The notes below the pieces were generated by a model. The model had not been told where the DNA came from. It saw nothing but the letters and a program-made list of their open reading frames with translations, and made no database searches. From NCBI GenBank assembly GCA_041491005.1, contig JBGPUE010000010.1:178-64177 (forward strand): DNA of 64,000 bases, given 5' to 3'. This DNA comes from Candidatus Binataceae bacterium. GTDB taxonomy: Bacteria > Desulfobacterota > Binatia > Binatales > Binataceae. Each line of letters opens with the position of its first letter. Position 1 is the first letter of the stretch. This document shows, piece by piece, positions 28,146 to 37,172 of the stretch. A program made the translations under genes and the position numbers.

Positions 28146-30722
28146 GTGCCCACCGAAATCGCAGAAGCCCAACCGGATCCCGTGTCGATCGAGGCGTTAT
28201 TCGAGCGCTGTCAAGTCACCGAGGCGGGCCTCTCGAGCGAAGAGGCTTCCCGCCGCCTCGTGCGATACGGCCCGAACGAACCAGTTCCGCTCCGCCGTGG
28301 TACCGCGATCACTCAGTTCATCCGGTTTTGCAGCAATCCGCTGGTCCTGATTCTCCTATCGGCGTGTGCTATTTCGGCCCTGGTCGGCCAGAGAATCGAT
28401 GCCGCGATCATTGCCGCGATGGTGGCAATCAGCATCGCGCTGAATTTCGTCCAGGCGTACCGGTCAGAACGCGCAGTGCTCCGCCTCCGTGAGCAGGTCG
28501 CACCGAGCGCAACCGCTCTGCGCAACGGACGGTACGTTGAGGTGCCCCGCCGCGCGATCGTGCCGGGAGATATCGTGCGGCTTGCCGCCGGCGATCTGGT
28601 ACCCGCTGACGCGCAGCTCATTCAGAGCCGCGATCTTCACCTTCAGCAGGCGGCGCTGACCGGAGAATCGATGCCGGTCGAAAAGTTCGCCATCGGGAGT
28701 GAACCCGTGGCAGACAAGTCGGCGAGCCTGATCTTTCTTGGCAGTTCGGTCGTTAGCGGCAGTGGCACAGCAGTAGTCATCGCCACGGGATCGGCCACGG
28801 CCTTCGGCGGCATCGCGGCCCGGCTGGCGGTCCGGCCGCCTGAGACCGAGTTCGATCGCGGCACGCGACAGTTCGGTTTCCTGATCATGAGGACGGTCTC
28901 TTTCCTCATCCTGTTCATCCTGCTGGTCAACCTGAGCGCGCATCGCAACGCACTCGAATCACTCCTTTTCGCAGTCGCTCTGGCAGTCGGGCTGACCCCT
29001 GAGTTCCTGCCGATGATCACGACGGTGACGCTCTCGATGGGCGCGGTGAGGATGGCGCGCAAGAAGGTGATCGTAAAGCACCTCATCGCGATCGAAGACT
29101 TCGGCAGTATCGATGTGCTGTGCAGCGACAAGACTGGCACGCTTACTACCGGCACGATGTCACTCGATCGTTCGCTCGACCCCTTCGGTCAGCCGTCGGA
29201 TCGTGCTCTATCGCTCGCCTATCTCAATAGCCGCTTCGAAACGGGCATCAAGAGTCCGCTTGATGCCGCGATATTGGCGAATCCGCGCGACGATGCAGAG
29301 CCTTACCAGAAGCTCGACGAAATCCCGTTTGACTTCGAGCGTCGCCGTCTTTCGATCCTGGCCGGAAGGAACGGCGCCCGTCTCCTTGTTACCAAGGGAG
29401 CGCCTGAGAGCGTCATCGGTGTCAGTGCATATTTCGAAGCTGGCGGAACTACGCATCCGCTGGAGGAAGAGCCACGACGCCGATGCGAAAAGACTTTCCG
29501 GGAGCTCAGCGCGCAGGGCTTTCGCGTGCTCGCGGTGGCGTGTCGCCAGATCGAGGGCCGTGATCGACTGGCGACGGACGATGAGCACGATCTCATCCTC
29601 ACCGGATTCCTAACCTTCTTCGATCCTCCAGTCGGAGATGCGTCAGAATCGCTTGCGGCGCTGCGACGGGACGGAGTGCAGGTAAAGATTCTGACCGGTG
29701 ACAATGAGCTGGTCACAAGGCATGTCTGCGAGCAGGTCGGGATAAAGGCTGAGCGGATCGTGCTCGGAGACGAGGTCCAGGGCATGAGCGACTCGGCATT
29801 GGGTCACGTCGCCGAACAGGTGGACGTCTTCGCGCGTGTGTCGCCGGCTCAGAAAAATCGGATCATTCAGGCTCTCAGGCAGCGCAGCCACGTGGTCGGC
29901 TTCCTGGGTGACGGCATCAATGACGCGCCCTCTCTGCACACCGCCGATGTCGGGATCTCAGTGGCCGGAGCTGTCGATGTAGCCAAGGATGCTGCCGATA
30001 TCATTTTGCTGGAGCACAATCTTCAGGTGCTCCACAGCGGCATCATCGAGGGCCGCAAGGCCTTCGGCAATGTTCTGAAGTATTTGCTGATGGGGACCAG
30101 TTCGAATTTCGGCAACATGTTCAGCATGGCGGCTGCGTCGGTCTTTTTACCATTCCTTCCGATGCTGCCGACCCAGATCCTGCTGAACAATTTCCTCTAT
30201 GATCTTGCCCAGGTGACGATTCCCACCGACAATGTCGACCCGCTGTACATCCGCAAGCCTCAACGCTGGGACATCACGATAATCCGCAACTTTATGCTGG
30301 TGATTGGTCCGATCAGTTCTATCTACGACTTCCTGACCTTCTACGTCCTGTTGAAGGTCTTTCACTCTTCCGAGCAGCTGTTTCACACCGGTTGGTTCGT
30401 CGAGTCGCTCGCGACGCAGACTCTGGTGCTTTTCGTGATCCGAACGGCGGGCGTCCCCTGGAGCAGTCTGCCCAGCCGGCCGCTGGCGGCGACGACCGTG
30501 TTGGTCGTCGTGATCGGCGTGTTGCTGCCGTTCTCTCCGCTCGCGCAGGCTTTGGGGTTTGTGCCCCTCCCCGGCCGCTACTTTGTCTTCCTGACAGTAG
30601 CGACGCTGACCTACCTGTGTCTGGTCGAAGTCGCGAAGCGCTGGCTCATGGGGCGGCTGCTGGCCAAGCCGGACCGGCGCGTCGGCCATCGTGTGCGCCG
30701 ACACTCTGGAGCCGTCGCATGA
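28146..30722 (+). CDS. mgtA: Magnesium-translocating P-type ATPase
   Basis: 858-aa ORF (GTG start) with TGES, DKTGTLT, GDGINDAPSL, LTPEFLPMI and SSNFGNMFSMA, characteristic of the MgtA/MgtB subgroup. Confidence 0.9.
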   Translation: MPTEIAEAQPDPVSIEALFERCQVTEAGLSSEEASRRLVRYGPNEPVPLRRGTAITQFIRFCSNPLVLILLSACAISALVGQRIDAAIIAAMVAISIALNFVQAYRSERAVLRLREQVAPSATALRNGRYVEVPRRAIVPGDIVRLAAGDLVPADAQLIQSRDLHLQQAALTGESMPVEKFAIGSEPVADKSASLIFLGSSVVSGSGTAVVIATGSATAFGGIAARLAVRPPETEFDRGTRQFGFLIMRTVSFLILFILLVNLSAHRNALESLLFAVALAVGLTPEFLPMITTVTLSMGAVRMARKKVIVKHLIAIEDFGSIDVLCSDKTGTLTTGTMSLDRSLDPFGQPSDRALSLAYLNSRFETGIKSPLDAAILANPRDDAEPYQKLDEIPFDFERRRLSILAGRNGARLLVTKGAPESVIGVSAYFEAGGTTHPLEEEPRRRCEKTFRELSAQGFRVLAVACRQIEGRDRLATDDEHDLILTGFLTFFDPPVGDASESLAALRRDGVQVKILTGDNELVTRHVCEQVGIKAERIVLGDEVQGMSDSALGHVAEQVDVFARVSPAQKNRIIQALRQRSHVVGFLGDGINDAPSLHTADVGISVAGAVDVAKDAADIILLEHNLQVLHSGIIEGRKAFGNVLKYLLMGTSSNFGNMFSMAAASVFLPFLPMLPTQILLNNFLYDLAQVTIPTDNVDPLYIRKPQRWDITIIRNFMLVIGPISSIYDFLTFYVLLKVFHSSEQLFHTGWFVESLATQTLVLFVIRTAGVPWSSLPSRPLAATTVLVVVIGVLLPFSPLAQALGFVPLPGRYFVFLTVATLTYLCLVEVAKRWLMGRLLAKPDRRVGHRVRRHSGAVA

Positions 30723-30782
30723 CGGTGTTACCGATCGGGCCGCTCGAGAAATGACGCAAAGCAGCGGCCAGGATCCGCGGCA

Positions 30783-31940
30783 TCATTGTAGACGAAACCG
30801 CGCGTACTGCTCCGCAGAGCTGTCGAAATCGATGCTCGCGTGCTGTGCGCCAACATTGATGTTTCGGAACGCAGCCTGCAACGCGCTGGGATCGTAGACC
30901 GCATGCGCGCCCGAGCCGGTAAACATCCTAACGACCGCGCGCCGGCATAGCTCCGCGGCGTATGCCGCGTGCCATTTGGCACGCACGCGTCCTTCGGTAC
31001 CGGCGGGATCCGCGCTGCCCATCAGCTGGTCGAATTCGGCGAACGTCTCTTGAAGGAGCAACTCGGCCGACTCGATTTCCGCAGCCGCTTCCGCCAATCG
31101 GACCTGAGTCGGTCCATGTTCGGCCTTCGAGGCGCCGGTCAGGATAACCTTGCGCTCGCGCGTCCGGTTGACGAACTGTTCGAGTGCGAATTTGGCGGAT
31201 CCCAGAACAGCGGTCGCGACCGAAACCGACAGGATGGCCTCCGCGGACAGCCGGTACACCGAGGTCGCGTGATTCTTACTGTGCGGGCTCTCACCGCGAA
31301 ACATGATTCGCGTATCGATCGCGCGATGAGCCGGGACCAGGATGCCGCGGGCTACGACGTCCTTGCTGCCGGTCCCCCGCAGACCCATCACATGCCAGGT
31401 GTCGTCGACCTCGATCTCGTGTCGCGGAACGACCACATGCACCAACGGTCCATGCGTCGACGAGTCCGCACAGCCAAGCATCACCCATTGCGCATTGTCC
31501 ACGCCACTGCAGAACTCCCATCGGCCGTCGACCCGGTAGCCGTCGCCTTCCTGCATCGCCGCGCCCTGCCAAGAGAGAGTTCCTGCGACCAACCCGTCAC
31601 GGCCCGCTCCGAATACTTCGTCCTGGGCGCCTTCCGGGAAAGATCCGAGACACCAGTGATGCGCCTCCATCACCATCAGCACCCACCCGCTCGATGGACA
31701 AGCCTGCGAGATGAGCGTGACAGCGTTCCCCAGTGTTCGGAGATTCATTTCGAAGCCGCCGGTGCGCGCGGGTTGTGAGATGCGAAACATACCGGCGGAG
31801 ATCATCGCCTCCATGCTTTCAGGGATGACACGCCGGGCCGCATCGCAAGCCTGGGCGTTGCGGGCAAGCGTTGGCGAGATAGCTGATACGCGCCGCATTA
31901 TTTCGCCGTGGTCGATCCGCATCTGCTCTTCACTCGGCAT
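30783..31940 (-). CDS. Acyl-CoA dehydrogenase-fold flavin-dependent monooxygenase-like protein
   Basis: 385-aa ORF. N-terminal ARNAQACDAARRVIPESMEAMISAGMFRISQPARTGGFE and the overall length resemble the ACAD type-2 / two-component oxygenase (HsaA/C2-like) group. Substrate unknown. Confidence 0.7.
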   Translation of the reverse strand: MPSEEQMRIDHGEIMRRVSAISPTLARNAQACDAARRVIPESMEAMISAGMFRISQPARTGGFEMNLRTLGNAVTLISQACPSSGWVLMVMEAHHWCLGSFPEGAQDEVFGAGRDGLVAGTLSWQGAAMQEGDGYRVDGRWEFCSGVDNAQWVMLGCADSSTHGPLVHVVVPRHEIEVDDTWHVMGLRGTGSKDVVARGILVPAHRAIDTRIMFRGESPHSKNHATSVYRLSAEAILSVSVATAVLGSAKFALEQFVNRTRERKVILTGASKAEHGPTQVRLAEAAAEIESAELLLQETFAEFDQLMGSADPAGTEGRVRAKWHAAYAAELCRRAVVRMFTGSGAHAVYDPSALQAAFRNINVGAQHASIDFDSSAEQYARFRLQ

Positions 31941-32115
31941 CTGCTTGGCAGTTCAACGGATTCTATCGTCGCCGGTTCGTTTGATCGAGCGGCGTTTCAG
32001 AATATCGATTCCGCGAAGTTCTGCGCAGCCGCGCAGCCCGATATTTCGAGCGAGAGTTACCCGATTCGCACACTTTAATGAGTCCTCTTAGAGGAAGGTC
32101 CCCGAAGGGCCGCTT

Positions 32116-33054
32116 CTACGCGTGGACGATTAGATCGGCGAGCGATCGATCGCTATGCAGGCGGTCGATTGCGTCCGCGAGCAGTGGTGCGAGGCTGACG
32201 CGCTGGACCGGGACAACCGCCGGGTCGGGCCCCCTCACGCTGTCGGTATAAAATAGTCGCTTTATGGGTAGTCCGCGCAGGCGCTCGATGGCCGGCCCGA
32301 CGAACAACCCATGGGTGCATACCACCGTGATCTGCGGATCGCATCCCGCCGCGAGCAGGGCGTTGATTGCCGCTTCGATCGTCCCCGCCGTCGTGATCAT
32401 GTCGTCGACGATCAGCGGCGCGAGTCCGCGCACGTCGCCCACCACGCCCCGCGCTTCGACCCGCTCTCCGCTCAGACGGCGCTTGTAGACCACCGCGGTC
32501 GGCGCGTGAAGAGTCCGGGCGTAGCGCTCAGCGAGCTTTACGCCGCCAAGGTCGGGGCTGACGATAACGGTTCGTGACCCGGCTACGGCGCTGATCGCGG
32601 GCACCAGAATCGGCAATGCAGCGAGATGCTCCAGCGGAACGGGAAAGAAACCCTCCAGCGACGTCATATGAAGGTCGACGGCGACGATCCGGCTGACGCC
32701 GACAGTCGCAATCAGATCCGCCGCGATTCGCGCACCGACCGGGCCGCGGCCCGTCGCCCGTCGATCCTGGCGCGCATACCCGAAGTACGGGATGATCGCC
32801 GTCATCCTTTCTGCGCCTGCCCGCCGGCAGGCATCGGCGAGGAAGATTAACTCGAGCAGATGTTCGTCGACGGGCGGCCCCGTAGGCTGCACAAGATAGA
32901 CATCCTGCCCACGCACACTCTGCTCGAGCTCGATGTTGAGCTCGCTGTCGGGAAACCGGCCCACGATGCGCCCCCCCAGCGGGACGCCGAGTCGGTCGGC
33001 GATTGACTCTGCAAGCGGGAGGTTGGCCGATCCGGCAAGGATAGTCAGGTTCAT
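32116..33054 (-). CDS. prs: Ribose-phosphate pyrophosphokinase
   Basis: MNLTILAGSANLPLAESIADRLGV N-terminus (Met at 33054; the listed ORF extends 16 codons further). Also IIPYFGYARQDR, DLH and the PRPP loop LIVDDMITTAGT. Confidence 0.9.
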   Translation of the reverse strand: MNLTILAGSANLPLAESIADRLGVPLGGRIVGRFPDSELNIELEQSVRGQDVYLVQPTGPPVDEHLLELIFLADACRRAGAERMTAIIPYFGYARQDRRATGRGPVGARIAADLIATVGVSRIVAVDLHMTSLEGFFPVPLEHLAALPILVPAISAVAGSRTVIVSPDLGGVKLAERYARTLHAPTAVVYKRRLSGERVEARGVVGDVRGLAPLIVDDMITTAGTIEAAINALLAAGCDPQITVVCTHGLFVGPAIERLRGLPIKRLFYTDSVRGPDPAVVPVQRVSLAPLLADAIDRLHSDRSLADLIVHA

Positions 33055-33191
33055 TGTGCTCTTCCTGCATTCCCGATTCTGCATCGAGAACGTGACGAGC
33101 AATGCTTGCCGCGCCGCGCGGTGACGCTGTCATCGAGCCTAGGCGAGCCAGTGCGGCTGGGCAACTGCACCTCCTCTATCTGAACCGCATG

Positions 33192-33980
33192 CTATTTCGC
33201 CAACGCTTGGCCTTCTTTGGCGGCGCCCGTGCAGCGGAGGGCACACTTGTCGGGGACCGGCCAAAGGCCCGGCGCGTTCGGCTCTATGCGCTCGCCCAGT
33301 GCAATCAGAAAAGGACCTGAAAGTAGATAGCCGGTAGCGAAGAGAAATGCTGCGAGCTGGGGTAAGGCCACTAGAACGCTCAAGGTGACGATCATCGCGA
33401 TCATCGTTGGAAGCGATAGGCGCCGAAGGTTGAGTGATTTGAAGCTCGGATATGGAACGCGTGAAACCATCAGGCCCCCCAAAATCAATGTCAATCCAGC
33501 GATCACTGCACATAGTGTGCGGGGCGCGGTGATCTCGAAGTATTGGTATGCGAGCACGACGCCCGCGACCATTGCGGCGGCAGCGGGAACGGGCAGACCG
33601 ACGAAGCGGCTCTTGTCGACACTACCTGCCTGGATATTGAAGCGCGCGAGGCGCAGCGCCGCACACACGACATAGAGGCCGCAAATCGTCGCGCCCCATA
33701 CACCCAGTGGCTCGAGCGCCCAGGTATAGACGAGCACTGCGGGCGCCACGCCGAAGGCCGTTACATCGGAAAGGCTGTCAAATTCCACTCCAATGGCGCT
33801 GGTGGTGCGCAGGGCGCGAGCTATCGACCCATCGAGCCAGTCGAACACAACCGCGATTTCGGTCATGAGCGCGGCGCGTCCGTAATGACCATGAACGGCG
33901 AAGACCAGCGAGAAGAAACCAATCAAAAGTCCAAGCGAAGTAGTCGCTTCAGGTAGCAGCGCGCTCATAAGCGAGGTCAT
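33192..33980 (-). CDS. pssA: CDP-diacylglycerol--serine O-phosphatidyltransferase (CDP-alcohol phosphatidyltransferase family)
   Basis: DWLDGSIARALRTTSAIGVEFDSLSDVTAFGVAPA matches DG(x)2AR...G(x)3D(x)3D. Multiple TM segments. Start ambiguous (33980 chosen; the listed ORF starts at 34043). Confidence 0.85.
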   Translation of the reverse strand: MTSLMSALLPEATTSLGLLIGFFSLVFAVHGHYGRAALMTEIAVVFDWLDGSIARALRTTSAIGVEFDSLSDVTAFGVAPAVLVYTWALEPLGVWGATICGLYVVCAALRLARFNIQAGSVDKSRFVGLPVPAAAAMVAGVVLAYQYFEITAPRTLCAVIAGLTLILGGLMVSRVPYPSFKSLNLRRLSLPTMIAMIVTLSVLVALPQLAAFLFATGYLLSGPFLIALGERIEPNAPGLWPVPDKCALRCTGAAKEGQALAK

Positions 33981-34093
33981 CTCGCTGCGCGCCTCCTGTC
34001 TGGGAGATGCAGGTCGCACGGCGTCCCTTTTACAACCGTCCACAGCCTGATTTCTCCGGTATCTCGAACGATTCCGGTGCGAGAAATCGCGTT

Positions 34094-34109
34094 TGCAAGG
34101 TTATCGCCG
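34094..34109 (-). promoter_or_regulatory. Candidate sigma-54 promoter ahead of pssA (weakest of the set)
   Basis: The minus strand reads CGGCGATAACCTTGCA, with GG and TTGCA at exact -24/-12 spacing. It lies immediately downstream of the hpf stop codon (2 nt away) and is 52-115 nt from the alternative pssA starts. Confidence 0.3.
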
Positions 34110-34110
34110 G

Positions 34111-34644
34111 CTAGTCAGCCAACGTGACGGTGCTGGCCTGCGGACCCTTCTCGCCCTCTTCTTCGGCGAAGCGGACATGACTGCCGACTTCGAGACGCTC
34201 GAAGCCGGGCGCCAGCACGCTGTTGCGATGGAAGTAGATCTCGCGACCGTCGGGCGTCTCGAGGAATCCGTAGCCGTCATCGCTGAAGAGCCTCGCGACG
34301 CGCGCCAAGGCCGGCCCTTCGTGGCTCTTAACCGCGCCGCGCACCTCGCGCACGTGGTCTTCAAGCCGCCGCCGGGCCGCGTCGAAGGCCTCGCGGATCG
34401 CCGTCATGAGTTCCTCGTCGGACTGATGGCTAATCGCGAGTTCGCCCCTCGGGACCTTCAGGTCGATTCGAATCTTGAACGGACCGCCCCGGCGGTGATG
34501 GCGCACCGGAGCTTCGACCGCGATGCGGCATCCGCTGATTTGGGGATCAAACTGTTCGAGCTTCGCAGCCCTGCGCCGAAGCTCAGCCTCTTCTGCCTCG
34601 GTCAACTGAAAGTTACGCGCTGTGATTTGAACCGGATATTCCAC
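34111..34644 (-). CDS. hpf: Ribosome hibernation factor (HPF/RaiA, S30AE fold) fused to a C-terminal cold-shock domain
   Basis: 177-aa ORF with a GTG start and GAGAGGA SD. The N-terminal ~105 aa are HPF/RaiA-like (VQITARNFQLTEAEEAELRRRAAKLEQF...FKIRIDLKVPRGELAI...EELMTAIREAFDAARRRLED). The C-terminal ~65 aa are CSD-like (ARLFSDDGYGFLETPDGREIYFHRNSVLAPGFERLEVGSHVRFAEEEGEKGPQASTV). Confidence 0.85.
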   Translation of the reverse strand: MEYPVQITARNFQLTEAEEAELRRRAAKLEQFDPQISGCRIAVEAPVRHHRRGGPFKIRIDLKVPRGELAISHQSDEELMTAIREAFDAARRRLEDHVREVRGAVKSHEGPALARVARLFSDDGYGFLETPDGREIYFHRNSVLAPGFERLEVGSHVRFAEEEGEKGPQASTVTLAD

Positions 34645-34670
34645 GTCGTTCCTCTCTTAGCCGAGCTTTC

Positions 34671-34686
34671 CGCAATCCCTGTGCCA
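34671..34686 (-). promoter_or_regulatory. Sigma-54 (-24/-12) promoter of hpf-CSD
   Basis: The minus strand reads TGGCACAGGGATTGCG, a full match to TGGCAC-N5-TTGCW. The -12 GC is 28 nt upstream of the GTG start. Confidence 0.6.
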
Positions 34687-34826
34687 CCAGTCACGAACGC
34701 CAGCTTGGCCGAATCGGCGGCCGTTGTGTCACCAAGAGAGACACGCGTGACCCCGTTGGGCGCAAACTTTGAAGTGACGGGCGTGGCGGTTGGCGGCCGA
34801 CCCTTCTGACGCACGATCGGCGTTCA

Positions 34827-34842
34827 CGGCGCACGTCTTGCA
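34827..34842 (+). promoter_or_regulatory. Candidate sigma-54 promoter of archease-rtcB
   Basis: CGGCGCACGTCTTGCA: GGC and TTGCA at exact consensus spacing, 37 nt upstream of the archease ATG. It is divergent from the hpf promoter. Confidence 0.45.
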
Positions 34843-34877
34843 AGTTGGCCTGATCGGGCTAGGCTCGTCACAGATCG

Positions 34878-35300
34878 ATGCCCAGCGACGAATTCTACCG
34901 TGAGATCGAGCACACCGGGGATGCGGGTGTCGAGCTCGTCGCCACGTCGCGCGCTGAACTGTTCCGCAGGGCCGCGATCGCGATCGCGCGGCTGATGGTG
35001 GCGCCCGAGGGCGTCCGCCCGATCGAGCGGCGCGAGGTGCGGGTCAGTGCAGTGAGCGATGCCGACCTGATGCACGACCTGCTCGCGGCGTTGCTCAACT
35101 TGTTCCTGGTTGAAGGGTTCATTTGGTGCGATGCGGTGGTGAATGAAGACGGCGATTCAGTGCGCGCGGACGTAGTCGGCGAACGCTATGATCCCGCGCG
35201 CCACGAGCTGCGCACCGAGATCAAAGCCGTGACCTACCATCAGCTGTCGGTCGAGCGCGTGGGAGATCGCTGGCAGGCGCAGGTGATTTTCGACATCTAG
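34878..35300 (+). CDS. Archease (RtcB activator)
   Basis: 140-aa ORF with the N-terminal YREIEHTGDAGVELVA (HT.D motif) and C-terminal IKAVTYHQLSVE typical of archease. It lies directly upstream of rtcB. Confidence 0.85.
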   Translation: MPSDEFYREIEHTGDAGVELVATSRAELFRRAAIAIARLMVAPEGVRPIERREVRVSAVSDADLMHDLLAALLNLFLVEGFIWCDAVVNEDGDSVRADVVGERYDPARHELRTEIKAVTYHQLSVERVGDRWQAQVIFDI

Positions 35301-35359
35301 GCTGCCCCGCGCGCAATCGTGCGAAGCGCGGCCGTCGAACGCGTCGGCGGTATCCGGTT

Positions 35360-36796
35360 ATGGAACTCCAGAAGATCAGCGACTTTCTATGGGAAATCCC
35401 GCGCCATGGAGCGATGCGCGTGCCGGGGCGGATTTACGCCAGCCAGCAGATGATCGACGAACTCCGCGATGATCCAGCGCTGACGCAGGTCGCGAACGTC
35501 GCGTGCCTGCCCGGCATCGTCGGCTACTCGCTCGCGATGCCCGATATCCATTGGGGCTACGGATTTCCGATTGGCGGTGTTGCCGCGACCGATGCCGACG
35601 AAGGAGTGATTTCACCCGGCGGTGTCGGCTACGACATCAACTGCGGCGTGCGGCTGATCAAGACCAACCTCGAGTACACGGCCATCGCGGACAAAGTTGA
35701 TCGTCTGGCTGACGCGCTCTTCGATGCTGTGCCCGCGGGCGTTGGCTCCAGCGGCGCGATTCCCGGCCTCGCGACCGACGAGCTCAAACGTCTGCTCGGC
35801 TCCGGCGCCGTATGGGCGATGAACCACGGCTACGCTTCGATGGATGATCTCGAGCACACCGAAGAGAGCGGCCGGCTCGAGATGGCTGACCCATCGGCCG
35901 TCAGCGAGATGGCGCTCAGGCGCGGGCGCATCCAGCTCGGCACACTCGGCTCGGGCAATCACTTCCTCGAATGCGACCGTGTCGATCAGATCTACGACCC
36001 CGACATCGCGCGCGCCTTCGGCCTCGAGCTCGGCCAAGTGACTGTGATTATCCATTCAGGCTCGCGCGGACTGGGCCATCAGATCTGCGACGACCATTTG
36101 CGCGTGATCGGCAAGGCGATGAGCGGTTACGGGATCACTCTACCCGACCGCCAACTCGCCTCGGTGCCGATCCGCTCGCCGGAGGGTCGTGCCTACCTGG
36201 GCGCGATGGCGGCGGCGGCCAACTTCGCCTGGTGCAACCGGCAGATCATGATGCATCTGGCCGAGCGCGCCTTCATGGAGACGCTGGGCACAGGGCCGCG
36301 CGAAGTCGGCTTCTCGTTGCTGTACGACGTTTGCCATAACATCGCCAAGTTCGAGCGCCATGTGGTGGGCGGTGTCGAACGGCGCGTATGTGTGCATCGC
36401 AAAGGTGCAACGCGCGCCTTCGGCCCAGGCCATCCGGCGCTGCCCATCGCCTTTCGAATGATCGGGCAGCCAGTGCTGATCCCCGGTGACATGGGCCGCT
36501 ATTCGTATGTGCTGGTGGGACGCGAACGTGCGATGGCCGAGACCTTCGGTTCGACCTGTCACGGCGCTGGGCGCTTAATGAGCCGCGCCGAAGCCAAGCG
36601 CCGGGCGCGCGGCCGCGACCTACTGGCGGAATTGCGGGAGGCCGGCGTGACGATCAGGTACCAAGGCCGTTCGACAGTCGCGGAGGAAATGCCGGCCGCT
36701 TACAAGGATGTCGCAGACGTGGTCGGAGTGATGGAAGCGGCTGGCGTCAGCAAGCGAGTGGCGCGGCTCAAACCCTTCGCCGTAATAAAGGGTTGA
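35360..36796 (+). CDS. rtcB: RNA 3'-phosphate ligase RtcB
   Basis: 478-aa ORF with MPDIHWGYGFPIGGVAA, GVGYDINCGVR, GSGNHFLE, HSGSRGLGHQ, HRKGATRA and CHGAGR. Confidence 0.95.
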   Translation: MELQKISDFLWEIPRHGAMRVPGRIYASQQMIDELRDDPALTQVANVACLPGIVGYSLAMPDIHWGYGFPIGGVAATDADEGVISPGGVGYDINCGVRLIKTNLEYTAIADKVDRLADALFDAVPAGVGSSGAIPGLATDELKRLLGSGAVWAMNHGYASMDDLEHTEESGRLEMADPSAVSEMALRRGRIQLGTLGSGNHFLECDRVDQIYDPDIARAFGLELGQVTVIIHSGSRGLGHQICDDHLRVIGKAMSGYGITLPDRQLASVPIRSPEGRAYLGAMAAAANFAWCNRQIMMHLAERAFMETLGTGPREVGFSLLYDVCHNIAKFERHVVGGVERRVCVHRKGATRAFGPGHPALPIAFRMIGQPVLIPGDMGRYSYVLVGRERAMAETFGSTCHGAGRLMSRAEAKRRARGRDLLAELREAGVTIRYQGRSTVAEEMPAAYKDVADVVGVMEAAGVSKRVARLKPFAVIKG

Positions 36797-37132
36797 TGCC
36801 GCGTCCATCGGCCTAGCCACCGCTATTGACGTTATTGAGTCCTACGAGTGTGTCAGGCGATGCGCCGAGCGCTCTGGATGCCGTAAGCGTCAGCCGCGTC
36901 GCCGCAGTGCGCGATTACGCGACGCGAATCTGCCTGATTGGCGCTGCTGCATCTAACGGAGTCATTGGTTCCCGGCTGACCCTCCTTACGAAAGCACCCA
37001 TCTCCGACATACTCTGTCTTTCGACATGGCGTTCCAATTCATAAGCAGCGATGGTGCGATTCGCTGGACTTAGACGCGAGCATCGGCGCATCCAGTTGAT
37101 TGTGCGGGGCTGAATACCTCCGCCTGTTTGTG

Positions 37133-37148
37133 CGGCAGGAGAATTGCT
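37133..37148 (+). promoter_or_regulatory. Candidate sigma-54 promoter of usp
   Basis: CGGCAGGAGAATTGCT: GGCA and TTGCT at exact -24/-12 spacing, 26 nt upstream of the ATG at 37173. Confidence 0.5.
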
Positions 37149-37172
37149 CAGGGCTCATGCAATAAGTCGGCG

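Noticed and set aside
36826-37044. A 72-codon ORF in the rtcB-usp spacer.
   Set aside because: It has a TTG start without an RBS, a low-complexity Ala/Ser/Leu sequence and no family resemblance. It is treated as non-coding.
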